The notes beneath the pieces were generated by a model. That model saw only the letters and a program-made list of their open reading frames with translations. It had not been told where the DNA came from and did no database searches. Both the position numbers and the translations under genes were made by a program. 64,000 bases of DNA from Piromyces finnis finn (taxonomy: Eukaryota > Fungi > Neocallimastigomycota). The stretch is from positions 744,001 to 808,000 of the forward strand of contig MCFH01000019.1 of NCBI GenBank assembly GCA_002104945.1, read 5' to 3'. This document shows, piece after piece, positions 52,784 to 64,000 of the stretch (position 1 is the first letter of the stretch; each line of letters begins with the position of its first letter).

Positions 52784-54808
52784 TTTAAATTATAGTTATT
52801 ACCTTAATTATAAAAATTATAATTGAAATATATACATTCCCCGGTCAATTATAGTGCTATGCGAAGATGATTTAGTTGATCAATGTGCAGCTGGCGATGC
52901 TGTTGAAATTTCGTAAATAATTAAATTAATAATTATCATTATTAAAATGTGTTTCATATTATTGATATTAAAATAATTTTCTATAAATTAATAATTTATC
53001 AATAGTGGAATAATATTAAGAAGATGGAAACCATTTGAAAAGGGTCAAAGATGTGATATTGAAATCGTTATATGGGCTAACTATATATACGTAAAAAATG
53101 AAGATCGTTTCTTTGATACTAATGTTGAAGATGAAAAAAGAAAAGAATTTGAAAAATTTTGGGAACATTATAAAGACAATATTATGGCAGGTAAAGACTT
53201 TTTAAAAAGCGATAGAGTAAAAATATAAATAATTAATAAAGATATTTAATTTTATTAAATAATGTATTAAAATATAATAATATTATTAATATTAATAGGA
53301 AGAAATAGAATTATATCAAGTTTTTGTCCATTCATATATGGTGCATATCCAATTAAATTGTCAATTATCTTAATGCTTTTAGGCGGTGTGGCAAAGGCTG
53401 AAGCCGGTATTAAAGTAAGAGGTGAAATTCATATATTATTAGTAGGTGACCCAGGTAAAATATATATTAACATTAATGCGTTATTTATTGAAATTATGAA
53501 TTATCACAAAATGTTTAATAAATTAACTTTTATTATTATAATAATTAAATAGGTACTGGTAAATCTCAATTTCTTCGGTATGCAGCAAAATTATCACCAA
53601 GAGCAGTATTAACAACAGGTGTTGGTACAACTAATGCTGGTTTAACAGTAACTGCTGTAAAAGATTCAGGAGAATGGCATTTAGAAGCAGGTGCTTTAGT
53701 ATTAGCTGATCGGGGTATTTGTTGTATTGATGAATTTGGAGGTATCAAAGAGAATGATAAAACAGCAATTCATGAAGCAATGGAACAACAGGTAAATAAC
53801 AACACTAATTTATTTTTAATAATTAAAAACCAAAATAATAAATAAGGAAATGTGTTTAATGAATATAATTATTTAATAATTAAATATAATTTTATTGTTA
53901 TAATAATAATAAAGACCCTTAGTGTAGCAAAAGCAGGTTTAATTTGTAAACTAAATACGAGATGTTCTATTTTGGCAGCAACAAATCCAAAAGGAAAATA
54001 TGATCCGGAGCAAAATGTTTCAATAAATATTGCATTAGGTAGTCCTTTACTTAGTAGATTTGATATTGTATTTATTTTACTCGATAAACAAGATAAGGAG
54101 TGGGACAAGTAATTATTATAATTTATTATTATTTCTTTTTCTTTGTATTAACTCAAAAATAAAATAATTAAAATTTATCTATATATATATATATATGGAA
54201 TTCATTTAAATATATTAATAATTTTTTTTTTTTTTTAATTTTCAATAAAATAGAAAAGTATCAAGTTTTGTAATTAAAGAAAATTCTTTGAAAAATAGAA
54301 AGAAAGCATATATATCATCACAAAGTAAAAAAGAGTTTAATTCTAATTTAATAACGGATTATTGGAAAATTGAAGATTTACAAGCATATATTCTTTGCGC
54401 TAAAACATTTTCTCCAAAAATGACAAGAGAAGCTCAATTAGTACTCTCAAGATATTATCAATTGCAAAGACAATCAGATATAAGAAATGCAGCAAGAACA
54501 ACTGTAATCCTTTTTTATATAAGAAATAATGATTTAACATTAATTATAAATATATATATTAACATTCTTATAACTTTTATTGTTTAAATATTTCCAAAAA
54601 GATTCGTCTATTGGAAAGTTTAATCCGTTTATCTCAAGCTCATGTAAATTCATTTTTAATATAAATTATGTTACTTAATTATTCATTTATTAATATTATA
54701 AATATATGTTTTTGTATATAATAATTAATATTAGGCAAAATTAATGTTTAGAGATTTAGTTATTGTACAGGATGCTGTAAGTACTCAATATTCAACAATT
54801 ATAATAAC

Positions 54809-54856
<48 letters not shown>

Positions 54857-56091
54857 TTTTAATTAGATTGTTGTAATCTCAATTATTGAAATTTCAATGC
54901 AATCCTCCTCTATTTTTGGTGATGTATTATGTACTCTTCACTCAATATTTCCGGATGATCCAATGAGAGATTATTATGAAAAAGGTATGAAAAATAATCA
55001 ATTATATAATTATTATATTAGTATTTTATATTAATACGCTATTTTTTTAATTTGCAGAGAAAATAATTTTAGATAAACTACAACTCAGTGATTTATATAG
55101 TGGACCTGATATTGAGATTAAACCAGAAATGTATGGAGGTTCACCAAATATAAAACAAACTCTTTATCAAACCCAGCTTCAGGCTAAACATTTTTCACCA
55201 AGTTCATCGCAAACCTCTAACAATGGAGAAAATAATACTTCACTAAGATCAATTAACAACAATGACAATAATAATATTGACATTACTACCACCGTCGCTA
55301 ATAATAATAAAAAAGATAACAAAGAAGATGTTAGTAATAAAAATGAGAAAAATGATATAGAATCTGAAGAAATCGTAAAGAAAAACAATGAAGTACGAAA
55401 AAACCCGGAAAAGGGTAAAAAGATAGAAACTAATAATAAGCCTCCAAAGAAAAGATCTAAAAAATCTAAGAAAAAATATTCTAATTCTATGGAGGATAAC
55501 GAAAATGATTCTTCCATAGATGATTATAATAATGATAATTGGGAAGATGAATTAGAAAATTCAAGCTTTTTATTGTCTTCATATGACTCAGAAAAAAAAT
55601 CAGCAGGAGAAAAATCTATTCAAAATTCACAAAATTCTATTCTTTCATCATTGAATGTTAACGTTAATAATAATTCGAGTGAAAAATCAGAAACATCAGA
55701 AACATCAAATAAGTCATCATCAAATAATGATAAGAATGATAAGAAATTAAATATAACAATGAGTCAGAAATTTTCAAGTAAGTTAAAAAGCTTTATGTAC
55801 ACTAAAAAATCTAATACTACTTCCTCTTCAACTTCAGAGGAATCCAAACCACCTTTATTAAATGAAGTATCAAATCTATCTGAAAAGGTAATATCCAGTT
55901 CTAGTAATTATAATGTTAATAATAACAAGTTATATAACGATACTAGTGATACTAGTGATAATGATCAAAACTCGGATGAATTAGAAAATGAGGATGAAGA
56001 CATTAATGATTTAGAGTTAGACTATGATTTTGAACCGACAGATACAATGGATTCTATCAATAAGAAAAAAAGAAAATTTATATGGGATTAA
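51321..56091 (+). CDS. MCM9: MCM9 DNA helicase, 16 exons, with low-complexity Ser/Asn C-terminal tail
   Basis: YYPLII N-terminus, [97 protein letters not shown]...[11 protein letters not shown] (MCM9-like rather than MCM2-8). Confidence 0.93.
52696..52835 (+). other. U12-type (minor spliceosome) AT-AC intron in MCM9, 140 nt
   Basis: 5' site /ATATCCTTTT, branch-like ACCTTAAT at 52801-52808, 3' end TATAC/. Removal joins ...LAFGR to [12 protein letters not shown] in frame, and no GT donor is available before an in-frame stop. Confidence 0.92.
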
Positions 56092-56760
56092 AAAAATCAA
56101 CTCTTAATATTTATTATTATAATTATTATTTTTTTTTATATTATTATTTTTACTAATATTATTTAACAATATTCATCTATTAAGAGATCATTTAGAAAAA
56201 TATTTATTAAATACATTGAAGATTTCTTAAAAACATTCAATATATGTATTTATATAATATATTTATATACCAAGATTTTATTAATTTTATTTTATTTTTT
56301 TTTTTAGAATGATACCAATTATTAAAAATTTTTTCTTAATCTTATTCCTAAAAAAAAAAAAATAATAATAATTTGTGTAACTTGAAAAGACATCCACAAT
56401 TTATTAAAGAAATATAAATAAAGTTTTTTATTTTTATATATCGGAGTTTTTAGCTTTATGACATTTTTATTTTATAACTTCAATATTTATATTGTCTATT
56501 GAAATTTTTTTTTTTTTGCTAAAAAAAATACTTTATTTTTATACATTTATAGTATTAATAATATATTTAGCATATTATACATGTATAATTGTATTTAATT
56601 TTAATAATAATAAATTATTGTACAAAAAATTATCGAAATCTAGAGATTTAAATATAAAGATATAAAAAAAAAAAAAAAGATTACAATATTTATAATAAAA
56701 ATTAATTAAAAAAAAATAATAAAAGAAGAAAAAATTATAATAAAATCGTTGTAATAGAAA

Positions 56761-57020
56761 ATGAATTTAGGTAAAATACAAAATAAAAGAATTATAAGTC
56801 TGAAAAGGCCACAAAGTCAACAAGTTCTGAATCCAGAACTTGAAGTTTTTTCTAGACAAATGAGAGCTAGAAATAATTATCAACCATCTGGAAATCATAA
56901 AAAGTATTAATAGTTATAATTATAAATAATGTTAATTTTAGATTGTTCAATTATTTATTATTATATAATATCTAATTTCTTTTTTTAAAAAAAATATCTA
57001 TAATTTAATATTAATGTATT

Positions 57021-57053
<33 letters not shown>

Positions 57054-59539
57054 TCCTTAATTAAAAATATTTGTGAAGAAATGTTAATTAATGGAAATAT
57101 TAATTCTTTTGTAAATTTTTTCTATCTTACCCATACAACTCAAAATCCAAAAGAATTAAATAAATCAAAAGATACACAAGAAAATGATAATAATAAAAAA
57201 GAACTAATAAAAAAAAATTATGATGATGATGATAGTGAAGAAGAAGGAGGAGGAGAAAAAAGATTGTATTATGAAATTAATACTTTTAATGATAGAACTA
57301 AAGAAACAGTAACTGATATGAGTAAAACCAATATGTTAAGTACAGATAATCTTTTTAATTTTAATACTTTATTTGTTAGTATTGAAGAATGTGAAAAAAT
57401 GGGTAATTGGGATATACTATTAAAAAATATTCATATTAAAACCAAAAAATATTGTTTATAATAATTATAATGGCAAGAATAATAAATTGAAATCAAAATA
57501 TATAATATATTAAATAACAATAATAATAAAACAGGAAATGCCTTGGAAACGTATAATTCAAAAAAAAATTTAGCCGAATATTTTGGTAGATTAAATAATT
57601 GGAATGAATCTATTAAATACTATCAGAAAGCATATGATTCCATTGTACTATTAAAGAATAAAGTTGAACTTCACATGGAAGCCATATATAACATTGGATA
57701 TGCTTATGAAAAAACTAGTAATTTTTATGAATTATTATAAATTTTTATTATTTATTTGATCCATTTGTTCATTATCTAACTATAAATTTAAAAAATAAAA
57801 TAAATATGTTTTATTTTTGTTATATTTTCTCATTTAATCAATAATTGATTATCAATAACAACTATAAAAAGATCAAATTACCAAAGCATTAGCCTATTAT
57901 ATAAAATGTAGAGATATATCTATTGATAATTATAATAAAAGCTATGAATTAACAGCATCCCAAAAAATAGTAAAACTTCGATTAATTATAGCAAATAAGG
58001 TATTATGAGAGGAGAAAAATATAATTAGAATATTAAATCAATATATATAATATATAATGATTTAAATTTATAATCTTATTTTTTTACTATATACATATTA
58101 TATTTATTATTATAATCTTTTAAATTAAAACAATATATATATATATATATTTTTTAATATTCTTATATATTTATAAAGCTGGATAAAAAAAAGAAATATG
58201 ATAAGGAAATTGAATATTACAAAAAATGTATTAAAATTATTAAAGAAAGTTATAATGAACAAGATGAAATAAATATAATATCCTTTAGATTAGGAACAGC
58301 TTATTTTAATAATAATGAATTAGATAAAGCTATTTCAGTAACTATTTTTTAAATTTATGAAAATTAAAAAAAAATTAACTATTTGAAAAAAAAAAAAAAA
58401 AAAGAAATATGAAATAAAACAACTATTATTTTTTTTATTTTATATATATATACTTTCATATTTTCGATTTATTATTTAGTTATTTGATGTATTTATTAAC
58501 AATACAGATGATACTGAAAAAAATTTAGCTAATAAAAGATTAGCGCATGCTTCTATTGCAGATTGTTATGTTAGGTAACAACATAATCATTGTTCAAAAA
58601 ATTAAAATATAAAATAATATATTAACCTTTTATTCCTATTTTTTTATTATTCTATAAATTATATTTAAATAATTATATTTTTTTTAATAATATATACACA
58701 TACACATTTCCCTTTAATTTATTTAAATTTGTATTATTGATAAATTTAGTAAAAATGATTATGATAATGCTATAAAACATTTAGAAAAATTCATTTCTTT
58801 TGGTGCCAAAGATTTAAAACAAAAAACGGCTCAAATGGAAGCCTTAAATAAATTAGGCATAATTTATAATAAAAGAGGAGAATATAAAAAAGCGGTAGTT
58901 TGTTTTGAAAAGCATTTCCAACTTTTAAATACCATTAAAGAAGAAGAAAATAATATGACTGGATCATCAAAACTTAATAAATCATTTTCTAGAAAGAAAT
59001 TTTATAAAACATCATCCTCATCAGAAACCTCACAAAGTCAACTTTATGGAGAAGATGATGATAATGATGAAAAGAATGAAATAAAACTAAAAAAATTAGA
59101 TAATCTAGATCCATTATTAATGAAAGATAGTCGATCTAGTCTTGCCACTGAAAACAGTGTTAAATCACTTCAATGTATAGAAAATAGTAAAAAATTTAAT
59201 GAAGCATTAATTCAAATGGGTGTAGCCAAAGCCGATAATGAACTTGAACGCTTCTTTAATTGGATACAAAAATCGGATACTTCTTCGTTAAAATCGCTTC
59301 TTCAATGGAAAGCAAACCGTAGTATAATAGAATTCGGTGAGGAGGATTCACTTTTAAATAATACTGAAAGAGAAACGGAAGATATATTAACAAATAATCA
59401 AATGAATATGAATGTTGATAATACAGAAACTACAGAAATTAAAACAGAAGCTACAGATATTAAAACAAAAACAATAGATGATCCTATAGAAAAAAATGAA
59501 GAAAATATCAAAATGGAAGTAGAAAATGTATTATCTTAA
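56761..59539 (+). CDS. TTC29: tetratricopeptide repeat protein 29 (flagellar TPR protein), 7 exons
   Basis: KNICEEMLINGNINSFVNFF near the N-terminus, several TPR-like helices, and C-terminal MGVAKA...SLKSLLQWK match the TTC29 pattern as remembered; all introns GT-AG and in phase. Confidence 0.75.
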
Positions 59540-60048
59540 TAATAAAAGAAATTCTATTTTCAATTATATATATTATATATATAAATTAATCTTAAAAAAT
59601 AAATATATCTTATAAAATTTTATGTGTATGACTATTTTATGGTAAAAAAGTAAAAAATAATATATTTTATATATCCTTTATAAAACTAATAGAATTCTTT
59701 AATAATGCTATAAATCACTTTTTTTTTTTTTTTAGTTTATTTAATATATTTGGTATTTTGTATACTGATTTATATATAAAATTGCCAAGAATTATTTTTA
59801 AATATATTAAAAAATATGTGATATAATTGATATTTTTTTTTAAAAAAAAATAAAAAAAATATACAATGATTATTATAATTATTAAATTAATTAAATAGGG
59901 TTTTGTTCAGTATAAATTTATTATTATCGATAGACTTTTAATGATGTAAATAAAAATATATATATATTATGAAACTTTTAAAAAAAAGATTAAATGAAAA
60001 TAAAATTTACTATAATTTTTGATCTATAATATTTTTTTAAATTTAAAT

Positions 60049-63000
60049 TTAATTTTCACTCTTCAAGCTTTGAATACTTCTCTTTCTTCTAATAGAATCA
60101 GCTAAATCCTTAATTCTAAATTTAATATCAGTTCTACTACGACCAACGTAGTTTGATATTTCAATCCATCTATCCATTGGATTTTCCTTGAATTGTGTAG
60201 TTGGGAATTTTAAGAGGGCTTCTTCTAATTTTGTTTGTTGTTCTGGAGTCCATGGCTTTAATGATATTCCAGATGGACAACGTCTTAAACTTTTAGTTTG
60301 TTCAATAGTTTCGACTTCAACCTTTTCTTCTGAAGATGGTGATTCAATAATTTCAGTTTGTTCTTCACTACTTTCTTCTATTTCAGTCTTATCTTCATTA
60401 ACTTCTTCAGAAACATCAGCTTTTTCAATGACTTCAGTTTTATCTTCATTAACTTCTTCAATAGCTTCAGTCTTTTCTTTTATTTCTTCAATAATACCAT
60501 ATGATTCTTCACCGGTTAAACGTTGATTAGCGGTTAATGGTAAATCAACATTAACTTCATCACCATATATTGACTTAACATTGAACATCTTCGTTTTAGT
60601 ATCAATTTTTGGGACATAACCATAAATTGGTTTAACCTTGTACATTCCACGAATTTCTACAGGAGTTTCTTCAATTTCAGCAACTGGAGTTTCAATTGCT
60701 TCTTTCTTAACTGGTTCTTCATTGGTTTCAGCTGGAGTTTCAACTGATTCCTTCTTAACTGGTTCTTCAGATTTTTCATTATCTTCTTGTTCCTTTGCCT
60801 TCTTAGCAGCCTTCTTAGCAGCCTTTTCAGCCTTTCTTTCAGCTTTAGTCTTCTTTTTATCATCACCAAATGAAATAGTTAATTCTTCTTTTTGTTCTTC
60901 TTTCTTTTCTTCTTCCTTCTTTTCTTCTCTTAATTTTCTACTTGATTTCTTTGAACGAAGTTTACCCATAGAAATTTTCTTCTTTAAAATATCCTTAATA
61001 CGTTTAGCATTTTCTTCTTCAATTTTCTTAACTTCCTTTAAGATTTCTTCCTTTGGTTTAACTGGTTCTTGTGGTTTTTTTTCTTCTTTCTTTTCAACCT
61101 TCTTTTCTTCCTTCTTTTCTTCCTTTGGCTTGGAAGCTTCTAATCTAGCCTTTGACTTCTTCTTCTTAATTTTCTTACTCTTTTTAGTTTCTGGTTTAGC
61201 TTCTACTGGAGCTTCTTCTTTCTTTTGTTCTTCAATAACTACAGTTTTTTCTTCAACTGGTGCTATTTCTTCCTTTTTATCTTCTTCGATTTCTTTTACA
61301 GTTTCTTCAGCTGTTAATGGTAAATCAACATTTATATTATCACCATAAATAGATTTTACAGAATACATTTTAGTCTTTGTATCAATATCAGGAATAACTC
61401 CATATATTGATTTAATTTTATACATACCACCATTAACATTATTGACTTCTTCCTTAACTTCTTCAGTTGGTGTAACTTCTTCAGCAACGATTGGTTCTTC
61501 AGCTGGAGTTTCTTCCTTAATTTCTTCAACAGCTGGTTGTTCAACTGGAACATCAACTTCCTTATTTTCTTCAATACTTACTTGTTCTTCAACTGGGGCA
61601 ACTTCTTCCTTGATTTCTTCAAGGATTTTTGGTTCTTCTACTGGGGCAACAACTTCCTCAGTAGTAGCAGAATCTTCAGTTGGGGCAGCAATTTCTTCCT
61701 TTATTTCAGTAGTTTCTTCAGTAATTGGAGAGGTTTCATCAACATTAACCTTAAGTTCTTCAGAACTGTTCTTCTTCTTAGACTTCTTCTTCTTCTTGTT
61801 CTTCTTCTTAGATGAAGTAGCTGGAGCATTTTGTTCCTTTTCTTTTTCTAATTCTCTTTCTCTTTCTTCTTCTTCTTCAGAATCATATTCCTTTCTTATA
61901 ATTTTCTTTTTAGTTCTTCTCATACCACCAATTCTAGAAATTGATGGTAATTTCTTTAACATTTTAGTAACTTCTGGTTTTTTAACTTCTGGTTCCTTCT
62001 TTTCTTCTACAACTTCAACCTTTTCAACTTCTGGTTCTTTTTTTTCTTCTTTAATTTCTTCAACAACTTCTTTTTTAACTTCTTCTTTTTCTTCTTCAAC
62101 TGGAGCCATAGTAGCTAATTCAGCAGCATATTTTTCACCTTCGTTTAAGTGATCTTCATTGAAATAAGTAGATGCAGCTTCCCATCCATTTTCGCTAGCT
62201 CTGAGTAAGTAAACACGGTATGCTGTTAAATTATCAGCATCCATTTGTGAAATATATTCATCTAATTTCTTTAATTGACTTTCAATTTGTTCTGCACTAG
62301 CTGGGGTAGCTGGGTCAATTAAGTAATTATTATCCTTAAAAAATATTTATAAATATTAATATGGTGTTATTATTTTTTATATTTATATATTTATTGATTT
62401 TATAAAAATTATAAATATACTATTTCACAAAGAGTTAATATTTATATAAAAAACATACTTGTAAGAATTTCTTTAAAGTTTTCTTTTCCTTACGAATAAC
62501 TCTCTTTTTCATTTCCTTTTCTTTCTTTTCTCTAGCAATTCTTTCTTTTTCTTCAAGGATAGCATTTTCTTTGGCCTTTTCTTCTTCTTCCTTTCTCTGT
62601 TATATATATTACATATTTTTATATTTTATTGTTAAATATTTCATTATTACCCTCTTATATGTATACTTTTTTCAAAAATAATAATTTAATTATGCTATAT
62701 AATAAATATTATTAATATTACTCTCTTTTCTTCTTCAGCAGCAGCAATTTGAGCAGCTCTCTTTTCTAAACGCTTAGCTTCCTTAGCTTCACGATCAGCC
62801 TTTTTGTAAAGTGCTAATCTTGGATCAGTTCTTACAGCTAAATCTATATATATTAAGAATTTTTATTTTATTTATTAGTGCTGTCTTCCATATAATATAT
62901 TTCAAATATTAAAAATAGCTAATATGGTTATTATGAGTTTACCAATTAAATTAATAATTCTTTGATTATCTTCCTTCTTATGTTTGGCTCTAGCATTTTT

Positions 63001-63988
63001 ATTCTTACGTTCAAAGTAACGTCTATCTTCACGACTATATTAATAAATTTTATTTGTATAAATGAATTTATAAAATATTATGGTTAAAATTACATTTATA
63101 TATTTTCTAAAAATAATTTATTAATAATGAGATATTAATAATTATATTACTTTTCATAATTTTCAGTATCTTCTTCATCAAGATATTCAAAAGATCTCCA
63201 TGAATCAAAGTTTGACCAGAATCTGTAAAATCCTTCAACTTCTTCACGAGTACTATTCATATCACCAAGGGATGGAACAGGTTGAATATTTGAAAATCTT
63301 TATATACATGAATATTTAATTTTTATAAAGATTTTTATTAGTACAAAATTTTCTTATTTTATTTTTTCATTAAATCTTTTCTACTTAAATTTTTCCACTC
63401 TTTATTTTTAAATACATTTAGGTACTATTTATTAATATATTAATAATTTTATAATATACCTAGAATTTCTTTCAAAAACTGGAGTCAAAACATCAAAGAA
63501 TTCTTCCTTTGAACATTTAGTTGGAATTGATTCATCAAATTCAGGATCAACAGAATCAAATTGTCTTCTTTTTACTGGGTCAGTAATAATTTCATAAGCT
63601 ATATTTAAAAATAGGTAATATAATTGTTATTTAATGAATAATTTATTATATAAATACTTATTAAAAAAAAGTATTTTATATTATATATATTTTTATATTA
63701 AAAATATACCTTTTTGGATGCATTTGAAGAATGAATCATTGTTAGTATTACCATCTGATGCCTTCTTATCTGGATGATGTCTTAAAACCTTCTTACGGTC
63801 TTTTTTTATTTTATATTTTTTATTTATTAATATAAATTAATATTAATTTACTTTTTTTTTCTAAAGTTATTATTATATATAATTTTATATACATCTTTAA
63901 AAAAAACTTACAAGCTTTTTTAATATCTTCTTCAGTAGCATTAATTCTTAATTTAGATAAACCTAAAACAGCATAGTGATCTTGGGAC
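60049..63988 (-). CDS. ZUO1: zuotin / DNAJC2 (ribosome-associated J-protein) with long Glu/Lys-rich insert and one C-terminal SANT domain; N-terminus lies beyond the window
   Basis: QDHYAVLGL...RHHPDK...[25 protein letters not shown] (J domain), [20 protein letters not shown]...RYFERKN (zuotin homology domain), TDPR, RAC-head-like helices, terminal exon 62335-60049 ending [19 protein letters not shown]...DRWIEIS (SANT). Confidence 0.93.
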
Positions 63989-64000
63989 TTTTTTTTATTA

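Noticed and set aside
42686-59539. Functional flagellar gene cluster
   Set aside because: Only two ciliary genes separated by three unrelated ones; compatible with chance.
60188-62152. Plus-strand Ser/Phe-rich ORFs (60188, 60638, 61442, 61537) and small minus-strand ORFs inside zuotin
   Set aside because: Antisense or alternative-frame shadows of the GAA/AAG-rich zuotin exon.

Overview
Extremely AT-rich, intron-rich eukaryotic DNA. Gene content (flagellar IFT20 and TTC29, a SWEET transporter, MCM9, KIF15) and composition point to a zoosporic fungus, most likely an anaerobic gut fungus (Neocallimastigomycota); this is an inference. All exon structures were assembled by hand, and family assignments rest on remembered motifs, not database searches. 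Left to right: 3' part of a Ty1/copia LTR retrotransposon (one frameshift in pol; PPT and 3' LTR intact); SAPS-like gene; AP-3 sigma subunit; two intronless orphan ORFs (829 and 151 aa); a ~10.6 kb gene-poor stretch; intronless VTC4-like polyphosphate polymerase; ~460 bp (TAA)n; kinesin-12/KIF15; intronless bacterial-type SF1 helicase-RecB-family nuclease fusion; IFT20; SWEET; prolyl oligopeptidase; MCM9; TTC29; and a zuotin/DNAJC2 cut by the window edge. AP-3 sigma, IFT20 and SWEET are absent from the ORF track, and most exons of PREP and MCM9 are missing from it. Best leads: (1) the probably horizontally acquired helicase-nuclease, which has an apparent C-terminal frameshift; (2) a U12-type AT-AC intron in MCM9; (3) a zuotin with a ~600-aa Glu/Lys-rich insert carrying an unrecognised 40-aa repeated module; (4) a VTC4 with an intact catalytic site but a degenerate inositol-phosphate-sensing SPX surface, and two closely spaced CACGTG boxes ~2 kb upstream. 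No rRNA, tRNA or CRISPR array was recognised.
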